A stretch of DNA of 63,976 nt, filler included, from Thelocarpon superellum (taxonomy: Eukaryota): assembly GCA_026025795.1 (NCBI GenBank). It is 2 parts of 2 records of this genome, joined end to end, with 100 filler letters (N's around TTAATTAATTAA, not from the genome) between each part and the next. Parts side by side here need not be neighbours in the genome. Positions count along the whole stretch, not along the records: positions 32,071 to 63,976 come from JAPEUG010000187.1; 1 more part is not named here. One strand, written 5' to 3'. The translations under genes and the position numbers were made by a program. The notes below the pieces were generated by a model that was given only the letters and a program-made list of their open reading frames with translations, had not been told where the DNA came from and did not search any database. Below, piece after piece: positions 33,160 through 47,093 of this stretch (its first letter is position 1; each line of letters opens with the position of its first letter).

Positions 33160-36100
33160 TCAAGGGGTCCCCTCGTCATAATGAGGCCCGTCCTCGTCGT
33201 CGTTCCCAGCTCCGGCGCCACCTCCGCCCGCGCCGCCCCACGGACCAGGCGTGTCGGGGTTACCGTACGCGGCTGGCGTGGGCGGTGCGCCGCGTGGTCC
33301 GAGGCCTCCACCTAGGCCACCGCTGCCGCCGAAAGAGGCGCCAGGCGTCGGAGCAGACATGGCGGCGGGCGTGGGAGCCGAGAGAGCCGCGGGCGTCGGG
33401 GCAGATATGGCGGCGGGAGTGGGCGCCGATTCCGCCCCGCCCCATGGCGTGCTGACCGTTGCGCTGGGGCCGCCTCGGTTCCAGGCCCCGCTGGCGTGAG
33501 GGGTGGGTGCCGAGGCGGCCGGCGTGGGCGCGGCATATCCGCCTGGCGTGGGGGCGTTGAGGGCCCCTGGTGTGGGAGCCGTGAGCTCCGCGCCGGGCGT
33601 AGGTATGTCGTAGGCGCGTGGATTGCTTGGGGCCCAGACGTCCGAGGATGACGGCCCGTATGCGGGCGTCTTGGACCCTGCGTTCCACGTGTCCGTTGCA
33701 GCGGCGATGCCGCCGCCGTACGCGGGCGTCTTGGATCCCGCGTTGAAGTCGCTGCCGTGGCTGGCGTCGACACCGTACGGCGTCTGGGCACCGGCGTTCC
33801 ATCTGTTGACGTGTTAGCTTCATCAATTCGACGCGTTCGGGGATGAGATCTCTGTACGCTGGGGTACGCTAGCGAGGAGATTAGCAACACTTCGAAGCAG
33901 GGATGGGCAGCCACGAACATTTCCGGCACCATAGGTCGTCCGGCTTCCGTCGTAGGGATTGACCGTGCGGCCACCATCTCCCCCATAGGCTGGTGTGCGA
34001 CCGCCCATCGCGTCCTGTTTCCATGCAGGAGTCCGTGCACCACTTCCCGCCCACGCTGGCGCTGTGACCATGTCAGTTGGGGCCTCCAGGACGTGATCAA
34101 GATTCTTACTTCGTGAGCCTGCACCCCACGCTGGCGTTCTCGACTCGGTACCCGCTGCCATCGGGGTGCGACTGCCTTCCCAGTCCGGTCGGCGTGGTGT
34201 GGCTCCACCATACGAGGGATTGGCTGGAGCGCCACGACCGCGGCCTGCGCCAAAGCTGGCAAAATCCATTGACCGGCCGGTGAGCGGACTGGAACACGTT
34301 AGTCACGTAGAGGTGGGGGCAGCGGCTACACGCACTCTTTGAATGCCAACGTGTCTTTCGGTACCGAGATCGTCTTGCTCTTGGTGTGGAGCTCCACGCG
34401 AGCCTCGTTGTCCGTCGTGTCGGTGACGATACCCAGCAAGCCTTTGTACGGTCCCTTGCGAATCGTCACCGTCTTGCCCAACGCACGGTCTCGCATGACG
34501 CTCTTCGGTGCGGCGGGAGGCGCCATGCCGCCGTTAGCACCGCCGTTTCGCTGCAAGGCGGGGTTCATCTTGGACAGGTCCGGGCCGGTCGCGGCACCGC
34601 CCGTGACGCGACCTCCTTTGGCCGCCACGGTTGCCACGTTGTTCGTGCGGGCGACAAAGATGCCCGCGTTCTCCGTCTGCTCGCGGTTGTGTAGGAAGAG
34701 ATAGGAGCGATGGATGTGCATGATGACGCCTTGCTTGTTCTCGCCGCCCGCCTCGCGTACCGTATCGTCGATCCGGATCTCTGACCCATTTCGATCAGTG
34801 GCCACGGCGTGCCGTCGACGTTCCAGTTTCTGCGAGACTTGAGAAGGCATGATCGTGCGGAGCGAGCCATTCTGATCCAAGACTCGTAAGGATTCTCGAT
34901 CCGCCTTGATGACCATGCCGACCGTGGATTGACTGCACGAGATTAGCGTTACCCAAGAGCCGACGTCGCCATACATACTCGAGGAGCACCAGATCGTGTA
35001 GATCAAATTGGCCGAACCCTCCCGCCCGACCCGAGTCAGTGGCTTCCCGAAGATCCTTGCTGAAGACGGTGATCTCTTGCATGGTCTGGTCGCTGACCAA
35101 AGTCACCTTGTCGGCGCTGATGCGCACAATCATTCCCACATCGTCGCGGTACTTGCTGCCCCCAATCACCTTCACGTGGTCTCCCTCGCGGAAACGCTTG
35201 CGTAAGCCCTTGATGGGAACCTCGATGGTTTGACCCAAGAGCTCGCCCTCGCTGACGGTCATGGTGACGATATCGCCCTGGACGCGGACGGCCTTGCCAC
35301 ACACGCCCTGCTGTTCGCCGTCGTAGACCTCGACCATGTCGCCGGGCAGGTAAGCCGAGCTAGCGGTGCTGGCCTTAAGCCGGGCGGCGAGGGCACCCAG
35401 GTCGAGATTCTCGGTGCCATCTTCCGCGCCCGATGCAAAGCGGGTCACTTCTTCGAGCGTCGGATTGACCTCCTCGGTGACAAGGAATTGGATCTTGTAA
35501 TCCTTGACCAGGTATCCATCTTTGTAGATGTCGCCCAGATACTGCCACTTCTTTTCGCCCAAGGACTGCAGATATTTCAAATGTTTCTTCTTCGCCTCCG
35601 ACTCGCTGAACAGGCGCGGTGCTGGCCGCGGTGCCGCATTGGCTCCGAAGCCTCCGATGCGCTTTCGTTTGGCCGCCGCCCCGTTGGCGCCGTTCTCCAT
35701 GGGCGCGTTGGCATCCTCGTTGAGCCCATAGTCCAGTCGCGGCACCAGTCGGAGCTCCACCTCGAGTCCGTTGGACACGACGGCCTCCACCTGAGCCAGA
35801 TCGCCCTGGTACTTGCCCCGCTTGAGACGCACGTAGGAACCTGGCTCGATGTCCTTGCTCTTCTTCGTCCGCAGCAGATCCGGCATCTCCTTGATGGGCA
35901 CCAGGATCAGGTTGGTCCGAGGATAGATGTTGGTCAGGCCGTCCAGCGCGGTCAAGATGTCTTCCTTCCGTCGCGCCTCCACGTAGACGTAGCCGGTCAT
36001 GGTTCCGCCACGCTCGAAGGCACAGGTGATGGACAGCGGCGTCCGCGTGGCGGCCCGCTCCTCGACCCGTTTGGTGATGGCGAAGATGATCTCGCGCTCT

Positions 36101-36963
36101 TTGCCGGGCTTGGCTCTCACGCCCCAGATGTTGGGATCCTCGACACTGGGTAGGAGGAGACGTCGAGGGATGACGACATTGTCTGTGGTGGTGACCCGAT
36201 TCCGTCCATATCGTTTGCGGTACTCCTCGGCTTGTCGCTCTGCATCTAGGCCCGCCTCCAGCTCGCGGCGACGGTCGAGCTCTCGGTGCTGCCGGTCGTC
36301 GATGATCTCGCCACCGGCAGGCAGTTGCGCTTCGTCATCGGGATGGGTGTTGTCGATGAAGCCCTCGCCCTCCCGCAGCTCGTCTTCCTCATCCTCAATC
36401 TCCTCGTCTTGATCGTCGACCTCGGCCTCGATATCGAAGAGCCCGCCGCCAGGTTGGCGTCGTTTGGAGCGCTTGCGTCGATGTCCCTGGCACGACGTCA
36501 GCGTCCGGTCAGCTAGAGACGTGGAGTGGAGACGTACCGAGATTTCCTCTTCGTCGTCTTCCTCTTCGTCCTCGTCCAAGTCGTCTTCGTCACCCACAGC
36601 GTCGCCATCAGCGTCTGCATCTCCGTCTGCGTCGGCATCGGCATCGACACCCTCGTCTTCCTCGTCGTTCGCCCTGGCGCTAGCGTCACGGTCTGCACGC
36701 ATTTGGCTGATGGCTCGTCCTTCGTTCTGCGGCGAGCCCGGATCCGGGGTGGACGGGTCTGAATCGTCACCATCGTCATCACCGTGGTCTCCATGGATCT
36801 GTCGCTGAAGTTCCTCATCTTGTCGTGATCGCTCCTTGGACGGCGATTCATCATCCTCTCCACCCACTTCGTCGTCAGATTCGTCCGCCGGGGCCGGATG
36901 AAAGTTGACGTCGCCGTCGGACTCGGACCCGAAATCCTGGTCGAGAAGGTTGGCCGTCGCCAT
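33160..36963 (-). CDS. SPT5: Transcription elongation factor Spt5 (multi-exon)
   Basis: Acidic N-terminus, NGN domain ([22 protein letters not shown]...GYVYVEA), KOW motifs ([26 protein letters not shown]) and C-terminal RTPAW/RTPAY/APTP repeats. Confidence 0.96.
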
Positions 36964-38194
36964 GATGAATCGGAGTGAGGTCCGCAGGCTCTACTCGGTC
37001 ATCAAGTGACAAGTGAGCAAGGACTCGACGGAGGCAACAATGATCAAGTCCGCTCAACACGACAACATTGATGAACAAAGAGTGAACAGGAACATCGAGC
37101 CATGCAGTTGTCCTCTCTCGTCCGCCGTACAGCTGGCCCTTGCGCCTAAGAATTTGGGATCGGAACTGAACTACTCCTCACGTGACTTTGACACCTTTTC
37201 ACCACGTCGACTGCCAGTACCTACTTGACGGAGGCCCAAGCTCAAGAACTCTTCCATAGTAGACGAGAAACTTCTCTTGGGTTTTTCAAAACACTCATCA
37301 GCTTTCCCTAACATTTACGCACTATGTTAAATCAGGTGATTGGAAGAGGTGGACCGCATTCCTTTACCGTGACGGCATTGACCCGGCGTGCGGCAGGCCT
37401 GGCGGCTTGCACATGTTGAAGGGTTCGTGGGAGGCAGAAGCGCGCGTCGGAAAATCTAGACTACGGTGAAACCGAGTCTCAATCGGTATTGGTTTCAAGA
37501 CGGCCGTCGGGTGAATTGACAAGGTGAAAGCTTGCGCCTTGACGCGCTGCCCGAGCACACTGGCTCGCTACCCCCCCGGTCGGCACCGCCACTTGAAACG
37601 GCGATGGCGTGGAGGGCGCTCGGCAGTCTCAGATGGTTCCACTTCCAACGCGGGTCCCCTCGAAGTAAGATCGGCACGCCACGGAATGACGGGGCAATCC
37701 CGTCGTACAGATGTCGTGCAGAGCAAGTGCACCTCGGGAGTCCGCCCGGGTCCAAATCTCCTACCCGCAGATACCTGACCACGGTGCAAGGATGCGGACT
37801 GATGATTCACGCCTATCACGAATCAATATAGTCCTATAGCCTGCTGGCTATTCGGCCGGCGTAGACTGAGAGCTGGATGAGGCCGAGTGGCGACTTCCAT
37901 ACCGCCTCCCCATACCGCCTCTCATTGGTTCCCTCAGGATCAACGCAATTGCCCTTGCTCGCCCTTGGTTGGCCCTTGGTCGTGGGCTAGGCACGTTTCA
38001 TCCTTCGTGGCCCTTTGTTACGGCCCTCTGTACCCCACCAAGATCCATTCCCAAAGACCACTCACCCTGCATTTCTATCCTCCCACGCATTGTCCTTCCT
38101 TTCTATGGCGGGGCATGGCAGAGGGCGCATGTATAAGACGTGCTGATCGCCCTCGATCATCCACCACTCCTGGACGCATCACCTCTCCGCCCGC

Positions 38195-38911
38195 GTGTCT
38201 TACGACCAGTCTCTTCCACCGCCGCCTCCATCTCCACCTCCACCGTCGCTCTCTGTGCACCTCCCATACATTCGCTTTCCCCCATCTCTCACGATGCCTC
38301 ACGCACGAAGCAGCCAGCTGTTCGGTCTCATGCACATCCTCTTGAGCCTCAGCATCCTCGGCGCCTTCTACGCCTCACCCCTGTCCGCCATGCATCTCCC
38401 CCACGCCGCGCATGCCGGGCTCGCTGGACGAGGCTCGGCTCTGCGCTCGCCGGGCGTGGCACCAGACCTGAGCGTCATCTTTCCCCGGCAGGCACAGGCA
38501 CAGGATGCTGGCCGGGACGCCGTTGCCCCGCCGGCTTCGCTCGTTCCATCCGCCTCACTCCTCGCCTCCCCCACCCTCAACCCGACGCCCTCGGCCGTCT
38601 CGACCGTGCAGGCCCTCCCTCCGATTACCGTCTCCCCGATCCCGCCACCACCGGACACCATGAAGCCGCCGGCGCCGCAGCTCGATGACTCCCAATCCTC
38701 CCCAAGCTCTGGAGGAGGAGGAGGAGGCCTCAGCAAGGGCGCTATCGCCGCGGTGGTGGTGCTGATCATTGCGGTGCTGGGCATCGTCGCCTTCTTTGTG
38801 GTGGTCAAATACCGGCGCGTGCAAGCGGCGCGCCGGACCCGGGCCCGCACGCAGGCGGAGGCCCAGGCCAAGGAGAAGGCTCTTCTCGCCGTCTTTTCCT
38901 CGAAGGACTAG
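38195..38911 (+). CDS. Putative single-pass type I membrane protein with P/S/T-rich ectodomain
   Basis: Hydrophobic signal-like segment (LMHILLSLSILGAFYA), then GLSKGAIAAVVVLIIAVLGIVAFFVVV followed by basic KYRR. The real start is probably a downstream ATG. Confidence 0.6.
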   Translation: MSYDQSLPPPPPSPPPPSLSVHLPYIRFPPSLTMPHARSSQLFGLMHILLSLSILGAFYASPLSAMHLPHAAHAGLAGRGSALRSPGVAPDLSVIFPRQAQAQDAGRDAVAPPASLVPSASLLASPTLNPTPSAVSTVQALPPITVSPIPPPPDTMKPPAPQLDDSQSSPSSGGGGGGLSKGAIAAVVVLIIAVLGIVAFFVVVKYRRVQAARRTRARTQAEAQAKEKALLAVFSSKD

Positions 38912-39367
38912 ATGGGGTGGAACCGGACCACCGCGATGGCCTTTGCGATGACCACCCACACTACTCTCAATACCATCTCGACCACCACCACCACCACCAC
39001 CACCACGAACATGACCGCTCCGCAGCGCGTCACGTCTCGACGAATCCTTCCATTCATCAGCGGGCTGCGGAGAGGGGTTGGGCGGAACAGGTGTGGTTGG
39101 AGCGGCGTTCCGTGAATCCAATTTCTTTTCTATTCTGGGCAGGGGCTACAGCCATTGCCCGGGCCTGGGCAGGCTAGGAGAGGGCAATTGAGAATTTGGG
39201 GATTGAAAGGGGCGAACACTGCCGCGGTGCTGAGATAGGAATGACGCCGGACAGTGAAGGAGGGAAAGAATCGACCAGGGGGAAATGTCCAATTCCCAAT
39301 AAAAATAAAATCTAAATTCACTTCCATTTTGGCTGTGATTGCACCCCAGAACATGTACGAAGTAACA

Positions 39368-40954
39368 TCATCTAGCGACCGGGACACGCACCGGCGCATC
39401 CCCCTGCATGGCATCCACGTCCAACGCGCCCTCCTCACCCACATCCGCATCCGCATCCGCCTCCTCACCCGCCACCCTCCGCCACAGACCAGCCCACAGG
39501 CCCTGTTTCTGCGCCATGGCGAGGACCAGAAGGAGGGGGAGATGCCACACGGAGGCCCAGAAGAGACGACGCGCGGAGCCGGCCTGGCCCTCGCGGCGCC
39601 AGAAGCGCCACGCTTCGCGCACCAGCCACGCGTTGGCCAGGCTGCTGGTCACGAGGAAGCCTGCGTCGGTGACGCCGACGTACCACAGGCCCATGCACAG
39701 CGGGACACAGAGGATGGAATAGCGCAGTGCGACGCGCCCGTTGCGCCGCGGGTTCACCCACGCCATCATCTGCAGCCCAGCCTTGCGGTAGTCGTCCCGG
39801 ATCGTCCAGCTCAGTGCGTTGAAGTGCGGGAACTGCCATGCGAATAGCAGCCCTGCGAGCAGCCAGCCGCCGCCGCTGCCCGAGCCGAAGAGCAGTTCTT
39901 GCCAGTCGCCTCGCGACGAGGCGCTTTGCCCGGCCGCGGCGGCCCAGCCCATGAGCGGCGGGATGGCGCCCACGGCCGCCCCGACCCACGTGTTGAGCGT
40001 CGAGAGGCGCTTCATGGGCGTGTAGACGCCGGCGTAGAGGACGATGTTGAGGCCGCCGAGGAAGGCCACTGTGGGGTTGACGCCGTAGTAGAGAGCGCCG
40101 AGGCCCGCGACGCCCGTCGCGATGGCGAACGCGAGGGCGCCACCGGGGCTGATCAGCTTGCGCACCAGTGGCCGGTTCCGCGTGCGGCTCATCTTGGCGT
40201 CGGAGCTGCGCTCGAAGAGCATGTTGAGCGCGTTGGCGCTGGCCGTTGATAGCGCCGTGCCCGTGGTGAGGAAGAGCAGGGTCAGGGTCGACAGCGAGGG
40301 CGAGGCCGTCGTCGTCGGCAGCAGGAGGGCGGGGACGGGGAAGAGAGAGTAGGCGCTCGTGGCCGTGAGCACGATGAGCACCGATAGACGCGGCTTGGAG
40401 AGCGAGAGATAGGTGGTGAGTAGACGGCGGAGGGAGCGGTCCGGTAGCGCGGCGGATATCGTCGTCAGGCGTGACGAGGCGTCCAACGGCATCGCGGTGT
40501 CGCCGGTCGTCGGGGAGGCGGCGGCATCTTTGACCAAGGATTCCTGCCGTAGCCGCTGCTTTCGTCGGTGCGGAAGCTCATCCACAGGTGTCTGGCGCAA
40601 CCGAGCGGACAGCTCCTCGTTGGATCCTGAAAGGGGCGATGAGGCCTGCGCGTCGACGGTCGTCACGTTGGCTCTCCGTCCGTCCGCTCCTGCTGCCCAT
40701 GGACCGGGAAAGCCACGTCTCGCGGCGGAGATGGTTGGCTGGAGGGATTCATTGGCCAGAAAGTATTCCTGCCGGAACAATTCTCGTCGCGTGGGACCGC
40801 CGGTCACCACGTTTGTTCCTCGCCGCGAGGAGCCCGAGAACTGCCGGGGGAGGACCCGGCCTTGGGGACGCGAGAGGCGGAGGAGACATCTCACGCAAAT
40901 ACTCTCTCCGGACTGCCGAGAGAGGAGACTCTGAGGCTTGGCTCGCGTGATCAT
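39368..40954 (-). CDS. COX10: Protoheme IX farnesyltransferase (heme O synthase), mitochondrial
   Basis: LSKPRL, DAKMSRTRNRPLV, LYAGVYTPMKR, NTWVGAAVGAIPPLMGW, WQFPHFNALS; intronless. Confidence 0.96.
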   Translation of the reverse strand: MITRAKPQSLLSRQSGESICVRCLLRLSRPQGRVLPRQFSGSSRRGTNVVTGGPTRRELFRQEYFLANESLQPTISAARRGFPGPWAAGADGRRANVTTVDAQASSPLSGSNEELSARLRQTPVDELPHRRKQRLRQESLVKDAAASPTTGDTAMPLDASSRLTTISAALPDRSLRRLLTTYLSLSKPRLSVLIVLTATSAYSLFPVPALLLPTTTASPSLSTLTLLFLTTGTALSTASANALNMLFERSSDAKMSRTRNRPLVRKLISPGGALAFAIATGVAGLGALYYGVNPTVAFLGGLNIVLYAGVYTPMKRLSTLNTWVGAAVGAIPPLMGWAAAAGQSASSRGDWQELLFGSGSGGGWLLAGLLFAWQFPHFNALSWTIRDDYRKAGLQMMAWVNPRRNGRVALRYSILCVPLCMGLWYVGVTDAGFLVTSSLANAWLVREAWRFWRREGQAGSARRLFWASVWHLPLLLVLAMAQKQGLWAGLWRRVAGEEADADADVGEEGALDVDAMQGDAPVRVPVAR

Positions 40955-41292
40955 GATCCCATCGCGGTCGCATTCGCCGTCGACGGTCGATGAGCGGACT
41001 GTCCGTCGTGCAAAGAACTACTAAGTCGTTGCACGACTCGGATGTTACATCAGTGGTGTCTTCACCCGCCGTAGTTGAGGTACACGGTACGGGACGCCAA
41101 CGGGCCCACATGCGCTGTTGGCGTCTCCTGTATGAGCCGGGACCACCCTACCACTACACGGACGCCGGAGGATGGATGATGATCATATCGCAGCAGCGCG
41201 ACTAGATTACAACAGCTCGGATAGATACGCTCGAGCGTCGCGTGCTCATATGCGCCGAAAGGTCTATGTATGGTACACCGGGCCGTGCCCTA

Positions 41293-44200
41293 CTACTCCT
41301 CGTCCAGGTGATCTTCGGACAAGTAGTCAAAGTCGCGAGGCACCTCGGCCTCTTCGCCCTCCTCGTCCTCATCCACAGCGGTCAAGACGCCAGCGGCCTC
41401 GGCGGCTCCCCCACCGCTGATGTTCTGGGCGGTGGCGCTGTCTGCGCCGGCTGCGGCGGCATCGCGGGTCCGGTAGGCCGCTTGGATATGGTCATTGAGC
41501 GTGTCTGGGGCCGCGGCGCGCTGGACCGCGCGCTTGGCCTTGAGCTCCAGCATGGGCTTCGGCAAGTCGGGCTGCGTATCCAAGAGCAGGATCACGCCAC
41601 CTGTCGGCTGTGCACAGCGTTAGCCACGGAGTGGACACGGCGCGATGCGGCGACCGCTCGACTCACCTTCTTGATCGGCTCAAACCGCGGCTCGGGGAAG
41701 CTGATAAACTTGAGCTGCGCGGGGAGGACGCGGGTCATGTTCCCCAGATCATATCCCAGGCGCTCCTTCTCCTTCTCCTTCTCCTTCTCGCGTTCCTTCT
41801 CCGCCTTCTTCTTGGCAGCCTCGCCGCTCGCCACGCCCGGCGATTCTGTCGCGTCGCCCTCGGGCGCGGGTCGGGCATCGCCGCTCTTGGCGTCGGCGGC
41901 CTTGGCGGCGCCCTCGTCGTCGAGGTCCATCTGGTCCGTCGTGGCGCGGGGCGTGCCGGGCCGCGGGCCCGTCAGTGAGCTCTCAGGTCGCTGTTGCTTC
42001 TCCTTCTTCTGCGCCCGGCGCTTCGCCTGGGCGGTGGTCGAGAGCACGGCCGTGGCCACCTTCTGCGGGGCCTGGTCGGTCTTGGTCTCCTGCTCGGGCG
42101 GATAGTCGAAGAGGCTCGGCCGGGTGGCGCAGTGGAAGGTGAACTGCGGCAGGCCGAGCTCGTGATCGAGCCCGACGATGGACGTCGGCGTGAAGCTGAG
42201 GGAGAGGAAGTGCGTGAGCGGGAACCAGTACCAGTATTGGGTGAAGACGGCCATGCCGACGATGCCGGCCATGTTGAGATTGCCCGTCTGCGTCTGCAGG
42301 CCGATGGTGCAGTTGCGGCCGCCGGCGTCGATGATGCCCAGCGCGAGGGCGCAGCCAAACTTGGCCATGGCATCCTCGTGCCGGTCGCTGATGATGCGTT
42401 GCAGCGTCTTGCGGATGGCGCCGACCTTGGGGTTCATCGCCTCGTTCTGCTGCACCAGGATCATGGCCATGGCGATGAGGGCGCCCTGACGCACAAAGTC
42501 GGTGGGGTCCTTGATCATGGGCTCGAGCAGGTCGATGGCCTCGTCCAGGCCGGTGCCGGCGCACGAGATGCCCAGCGCCATGGCGGCGCCGTAGCGCACG
42601 TGCGGGTTGTAGGACTCGGAGAGCAGCTCGACCATGCGCGGCACGCTGCTCGGCTTGCGGAAGAGGATGAAGCCGAGGCTCATGACGGCGACGCGGCGGA
42701 CGTCGTCGCTGACGTCGCTGACGGCGACGTGCAAGAGCTTGCGCACGGCCTTGTTGCTGCCGGTGCCGCAGTAGGCCATGGCCAGCGTCATGATGCCGCC
42801 GTAGCGCAGCGTCGGGTCCGGGTCGTTGAGCAGGCCGTCCATAAGCTCGTCGGCGGCCTCCTGCCGGCCGAACATGATCAGCGCCATGCCCAGAGCCAGG
42901 CCGCGCACGATCTTCTCGTGCTGGGTCTCGTGGGCGTAGAGGATCATGCTCTCGAGCGCCTTGGTGTTGCCCGTCCCCAGCATGACCAGCCCCATGGCCA
43001 GGCCGACGGCCTCCCCGTTCAGGGCCGAGTCGGCGTACAGCACCGACTTGAGCTCGTCGTAGATTTCCTCCGAGCCCGTGGCCATGCCGGCCAGCCCGAG
43101 GCCGAGCGCGCCGCCGTGCTGCACCACCTCCTCGCCGTTGTTGCTGAGCTTGCGGAACTGGTCGCGCAGGTAGTCCAGCACGTCGGTGCCGTGGTTGGCG
43201 TAGATCAGCCCGAGCGCATACAGCGAGCCACCCTGGCTGTAGACGGAGCCGGCCACGATGGCGTCACGTGGCAGGTAGGGCTCGAGCAACTTCATGCCCT
43301 GACTGAGATTTCCCCGATGGATCACGCCCAGCGCCGCCGTCGCCGTGAACTTGGACCAGTTCACGGCCTTGGCCAGCCACTCGAGGTTGTTGCGGAAGAA
43401 GACGTCGCTGGTGGTGCCGGCGTTCATGAAGGCGTTGCAGAAGGTGACGGCGGTGTGGAAGATGGAATTGCGCGCCTCCAGGCTGTCCTTGACCTTGTTC
43501 AGGATGTTGATGTCCGTGTGGTTGTTCCGGAACAGGAACTCGAGATTCAGCTCGATGCTCTTGGTGCCCTTGAGGATGCCGTCGATGGCGGCGTACACCG
43601 TTCGCTGCGCCTCGGGGATGGGCGTGGACGACTCGTCCGCGGCTGGTAGCAGCGGCGCCGTCTCCGGTGCGGGGGCACCCTCCTCGGGCGGCGGCACCGC
43701 ACTCGATGGGAGGCCTTCCACCACCTTGCCGAGGAACTCTTGGGTGCTGTTGTCGAAGATGTCAAAGGCGATCTGGTAGGCGATGGCGGTGGAAGCCGTG
43801 TCGCCCTTCTCCACCAGCTGGCGGAGAATCTCGGCGGCCAGGGCATGCTCGCTGAGGTAGACGACGCATTTGGCGATGGCGAAGTAGTCGGGGACAGGGA
43901 GCTCGTTGAGCAGGTCGAGGATGAGCTTGAGAATCTCGTGGCGCAGACCTCGCTCCTGCACCACGCCCATGCAGATGTCCAAGACGTACTCCATGAGCTC
44001 TTCGCCCCCGCCGCCGACGGGTTGGCCGGTCATGGCATCTACCTGCGCCTTGTCCTCTTGCGAGGCGCGGAGGATGACCTGACGCAGCACGGAGAGCTCG
44101 CGGGCCTCGACGGCGATGCCAACGACCTGGCGGTAGCGGCCTTGGCGGTAGCATCGCTCAAAGAGCTGCTCGATGACGGCCTGCAGATGCTTGAGGATGC

Positions 44201-44955
44201 CCCGGGGTAAGGTCAGCGGCGAGGGGTGGGCACCGACGACGCCGGCATTGCCGCCGCCGGGCAGTTCGGGATCGAAGGTGGACGAGGCGGCTTGGCGGGA
44301 GAGGAGCGACTTGGAGGGCAGGGTGGACTGTGAGAAGGGGGTGGTGGGTGAGGTCAGACTGGCTGAGGTGCTGGCGCCGCCGTCGGGGTTCTGCGGAAAG
44401 GCGGTGGTGAGCTGCGGTGGCGGCTGGTTGGCGGTGCTGGCGGGCGCTGCTGGATGGTGCATGGCGGACAGGGCGATGTAGGTGTCGACGCATTTTGCTG
44501 GGATCTCCAGTCAGCCCTGGCCTACGGCCTATGCACAGGCCGAGGGGCCACTGCAACGGCGTGCTCACAGATGATAGTCTCCTCAAACTCTCCCTCTTGG
44601 TCCAGATCGAACAGCTTCCCGGCGCCGAGGGCAAACTCCATGCTCTCGCTGTATTCCTGCAGATGATAATAGACCTTGGCGATGACCAGGGCGGCCAGTT
44701 CTCGTTCCGGAAAGGTCTCATCTTCGTACAACGCCTCTCTGGATGGTGGCAACCATGTCAGCCCGGTCCGTGCTTGCCCTGGCACGCCGCCACCTCCGCC
44801 GACAGGCTCACTCACATGCGCCAGACGGATGAGGCGATCTCGGTCCACAGCAGGTCGACCTCGTCGTTGAGCCGCTTGAGGGCGAAGACCTGGAGATCAG
44901 GGTCGGACTCGGACAAGAAGCCGACCAAGCCGGCGGCGGACGTCAGGCCGACCAT
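41293..44955 (-). CDS. RPN2: 26S proteasome regulatory subunit Rpn2 (multi-exon)
   Basis: MVGLTSAAGLVGFL, ALVIAKVYYHLQEY, NWSKFTATAALGVIH, PC repeats, QYWYWFPLTHF and an acidic C-terminus. Confidence 0.96.
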
Positions 44956-46195
44956 CTTCCTCCTCCTCCTCGGGTCGTGCCACGACGCTGTCGCTGCCGC
45001 TGTCACTCTTGGGGTTGAACGGGGCCCTTGATCGCTCGCGGTCGCACGACGATGGGCTGGCGCGGGTAGCGAGCGTCTGGAGCTTCGAGCAGTGGACGGG
45101 CGCCGGCTTCAGACAGAGGCGGGCGGGATGAAAGGGTGAAGGGGGATGAGGAAGGACGAAAGAGGGAAGACGGAGCTCCTGTCGGATCACGATGACGGGA
45201 GCATCAACGGGTCGCACCTCGCAGGTTCGACATGCCCGTAGGGAGGACGAGTAGACGCGGCGCTGCTGCAGCGCCTGCACACAGCAAAGGGAACGGAAAG
45301 AGCGCAGGCGTGGATGACTAATTGACTCGCCTCGTAGGCTCGTCACCCTGTCGGCAGAAAGTGTCCTCTGTCGTCGCCAGGACACGTGACAGCGGTCTTG
45401 TCAACTTGGACCGCGGACGTCTCGTGGGTCAATACAACGGCTGGTCCTAGATTTGGGCCGGCCAATGACAATGACTGGCTGACAGCGTCCCCATCACACA
45501 CTACCAGACCAAGCTAATGTAGGGAAAGCCGCCGTGGGACGTTCCCAGTGTGTCTGCTCCCAGTCGCGACGAGTGTGCTCGACTCTGCACGGGATCTGTT
45601 TCCTCCACGACGGGCATTTGTGACGAGGAGGTGACGGGATGCATAGCGACAGCGACCGTCATGCCATGGATTCATCGGCCGCTTCCGCAGTAGAGCAGAT
45701 GTGATACAGGGTCCTTAAGCGGAAGGCTGTACCGTGACTTAGGGGAGAACCTTAACTACGCGTAGGTCTTGCGAACAGCAGGGAAGTAGCGGTGCCTCTG
45801 AAAGCTGCGATGCAGTAGTTACAGGACGTCCCGGGCTAGGTCATTTTGGGAGCGTCGTGGTCGTACGGCAGCAAGACATCATACAAATACCTGGCCCACG
45901 CTCAGATTTCCCCCCACTTCTCGTCCTGGCCCTCCCTTCGCTCGGAAGGGAGCCGAGCGCCCGTCTTGTCGTCGAGGCGGTGAGGGAGTACCTGCGGTTG
46001 ATGACCGTAGCGGTTATCTTCCAACTGCCTGTCACTGGCTTGATGAAACGTTGAGGGTGAGTCGAAGCACCTTGCCCTGATCCTTTCCTCCAGGCCCATG
46101 TCAGGCGGTCGTCTTGTCGCTGACGGTCCCAGCACAGCCTTCAGGACCAAGGAGATCTCCCGGGGTGTTGTCGCGGGTGGCGGGCCATCGCCACG

Positions 46196-47062
46196 ATGGA
46201 TCTCCGTGCCATCATCAACGCCGATGCCACGACGCCCACCCACTCCAGCACCCCACAACCGGCCAGCCGATCGGTGCCCATGTACCATGACTATCATGGC
46301 AGTGCTCATGTATCGCCGCAAGACGCTCATGCGGGTCGACAGGCTACGCCGGCTCAGTCACCGCGGGCGCCGACAGCACAACATGACCATCGTTCCCCGG
46401 CGTCGTCAAAATTCCACTCAGCCCTCGCCGGGTCGCCGTATGGTCCGTCTTCATCCCCATCCACTACGTGGGGTCCGCCGTATCCCTTCCCACCACAGCC
46501 AGCGGTTGAAACCCGCCGGCCGAGCGTTCCAGAGCCGTCACCGCGCGAGTACGCGGCCCAGCGACGGCCCCGAAGCCATGGGGAGATGGCGGGCTACGAC
46601 CGCTTCGGCTCCGACCCATCGCAGTCCCCCCAACGCGAAGGCAGCCACGTGGCGGACGCGTCACGATATCCCCTGGAGACGCTGCCGGCGAACAGTGCAC
46701 CGCCCGTGCCTGAGCGCGGGCGCGGCGAGTGGGCCGGACCCAGTCCCGTCTCGTACCAGACCAGCCCGAGCAGCGCCAAAGTCGCCGTCGCCCCTGAGCC
46801 GGCCAGTCCATCGCCGGCGCGGCCCAGCAGGAAGCGAGGGCGCGATGAACCGCCCATCTTTGCACAGAGTGTGAAGCGCGTCAAGAGCGACGGGGCCCTC
46901 CCCATCCATAAGGGGGTGCCAGCCCAGAGCAAGAATGACACGCGCGACATCCAGATGGCCTCGGGACGAAGTAGCCGACCTGGCCCGGCTCACGGGGAGA
47001 CGAATGGCGCTGGGGTGGTGCCCCAGGCGGAGGTCATGGCGGCCCCTTCCAGCGCCGTGACG

Positions 47063-47093
<31 letters not shown>

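Noticed and set aside
888..40954. Heme-themed cluster (CFEMs, P450, COX10)
   Set aside because: The genes are far apart, interspersed with unrelated genes, and COX10 lies beyond the artificial spacer.
41994..43649. Long antisense ORFs (551 aa opposite RPN2; similar ones opposite DNMT5, SPT5, CET1 and the App1-like gene)
   Set aside because: These are shadows of high-GC3 codon usage on the coding strand and show no protein-like motifs.
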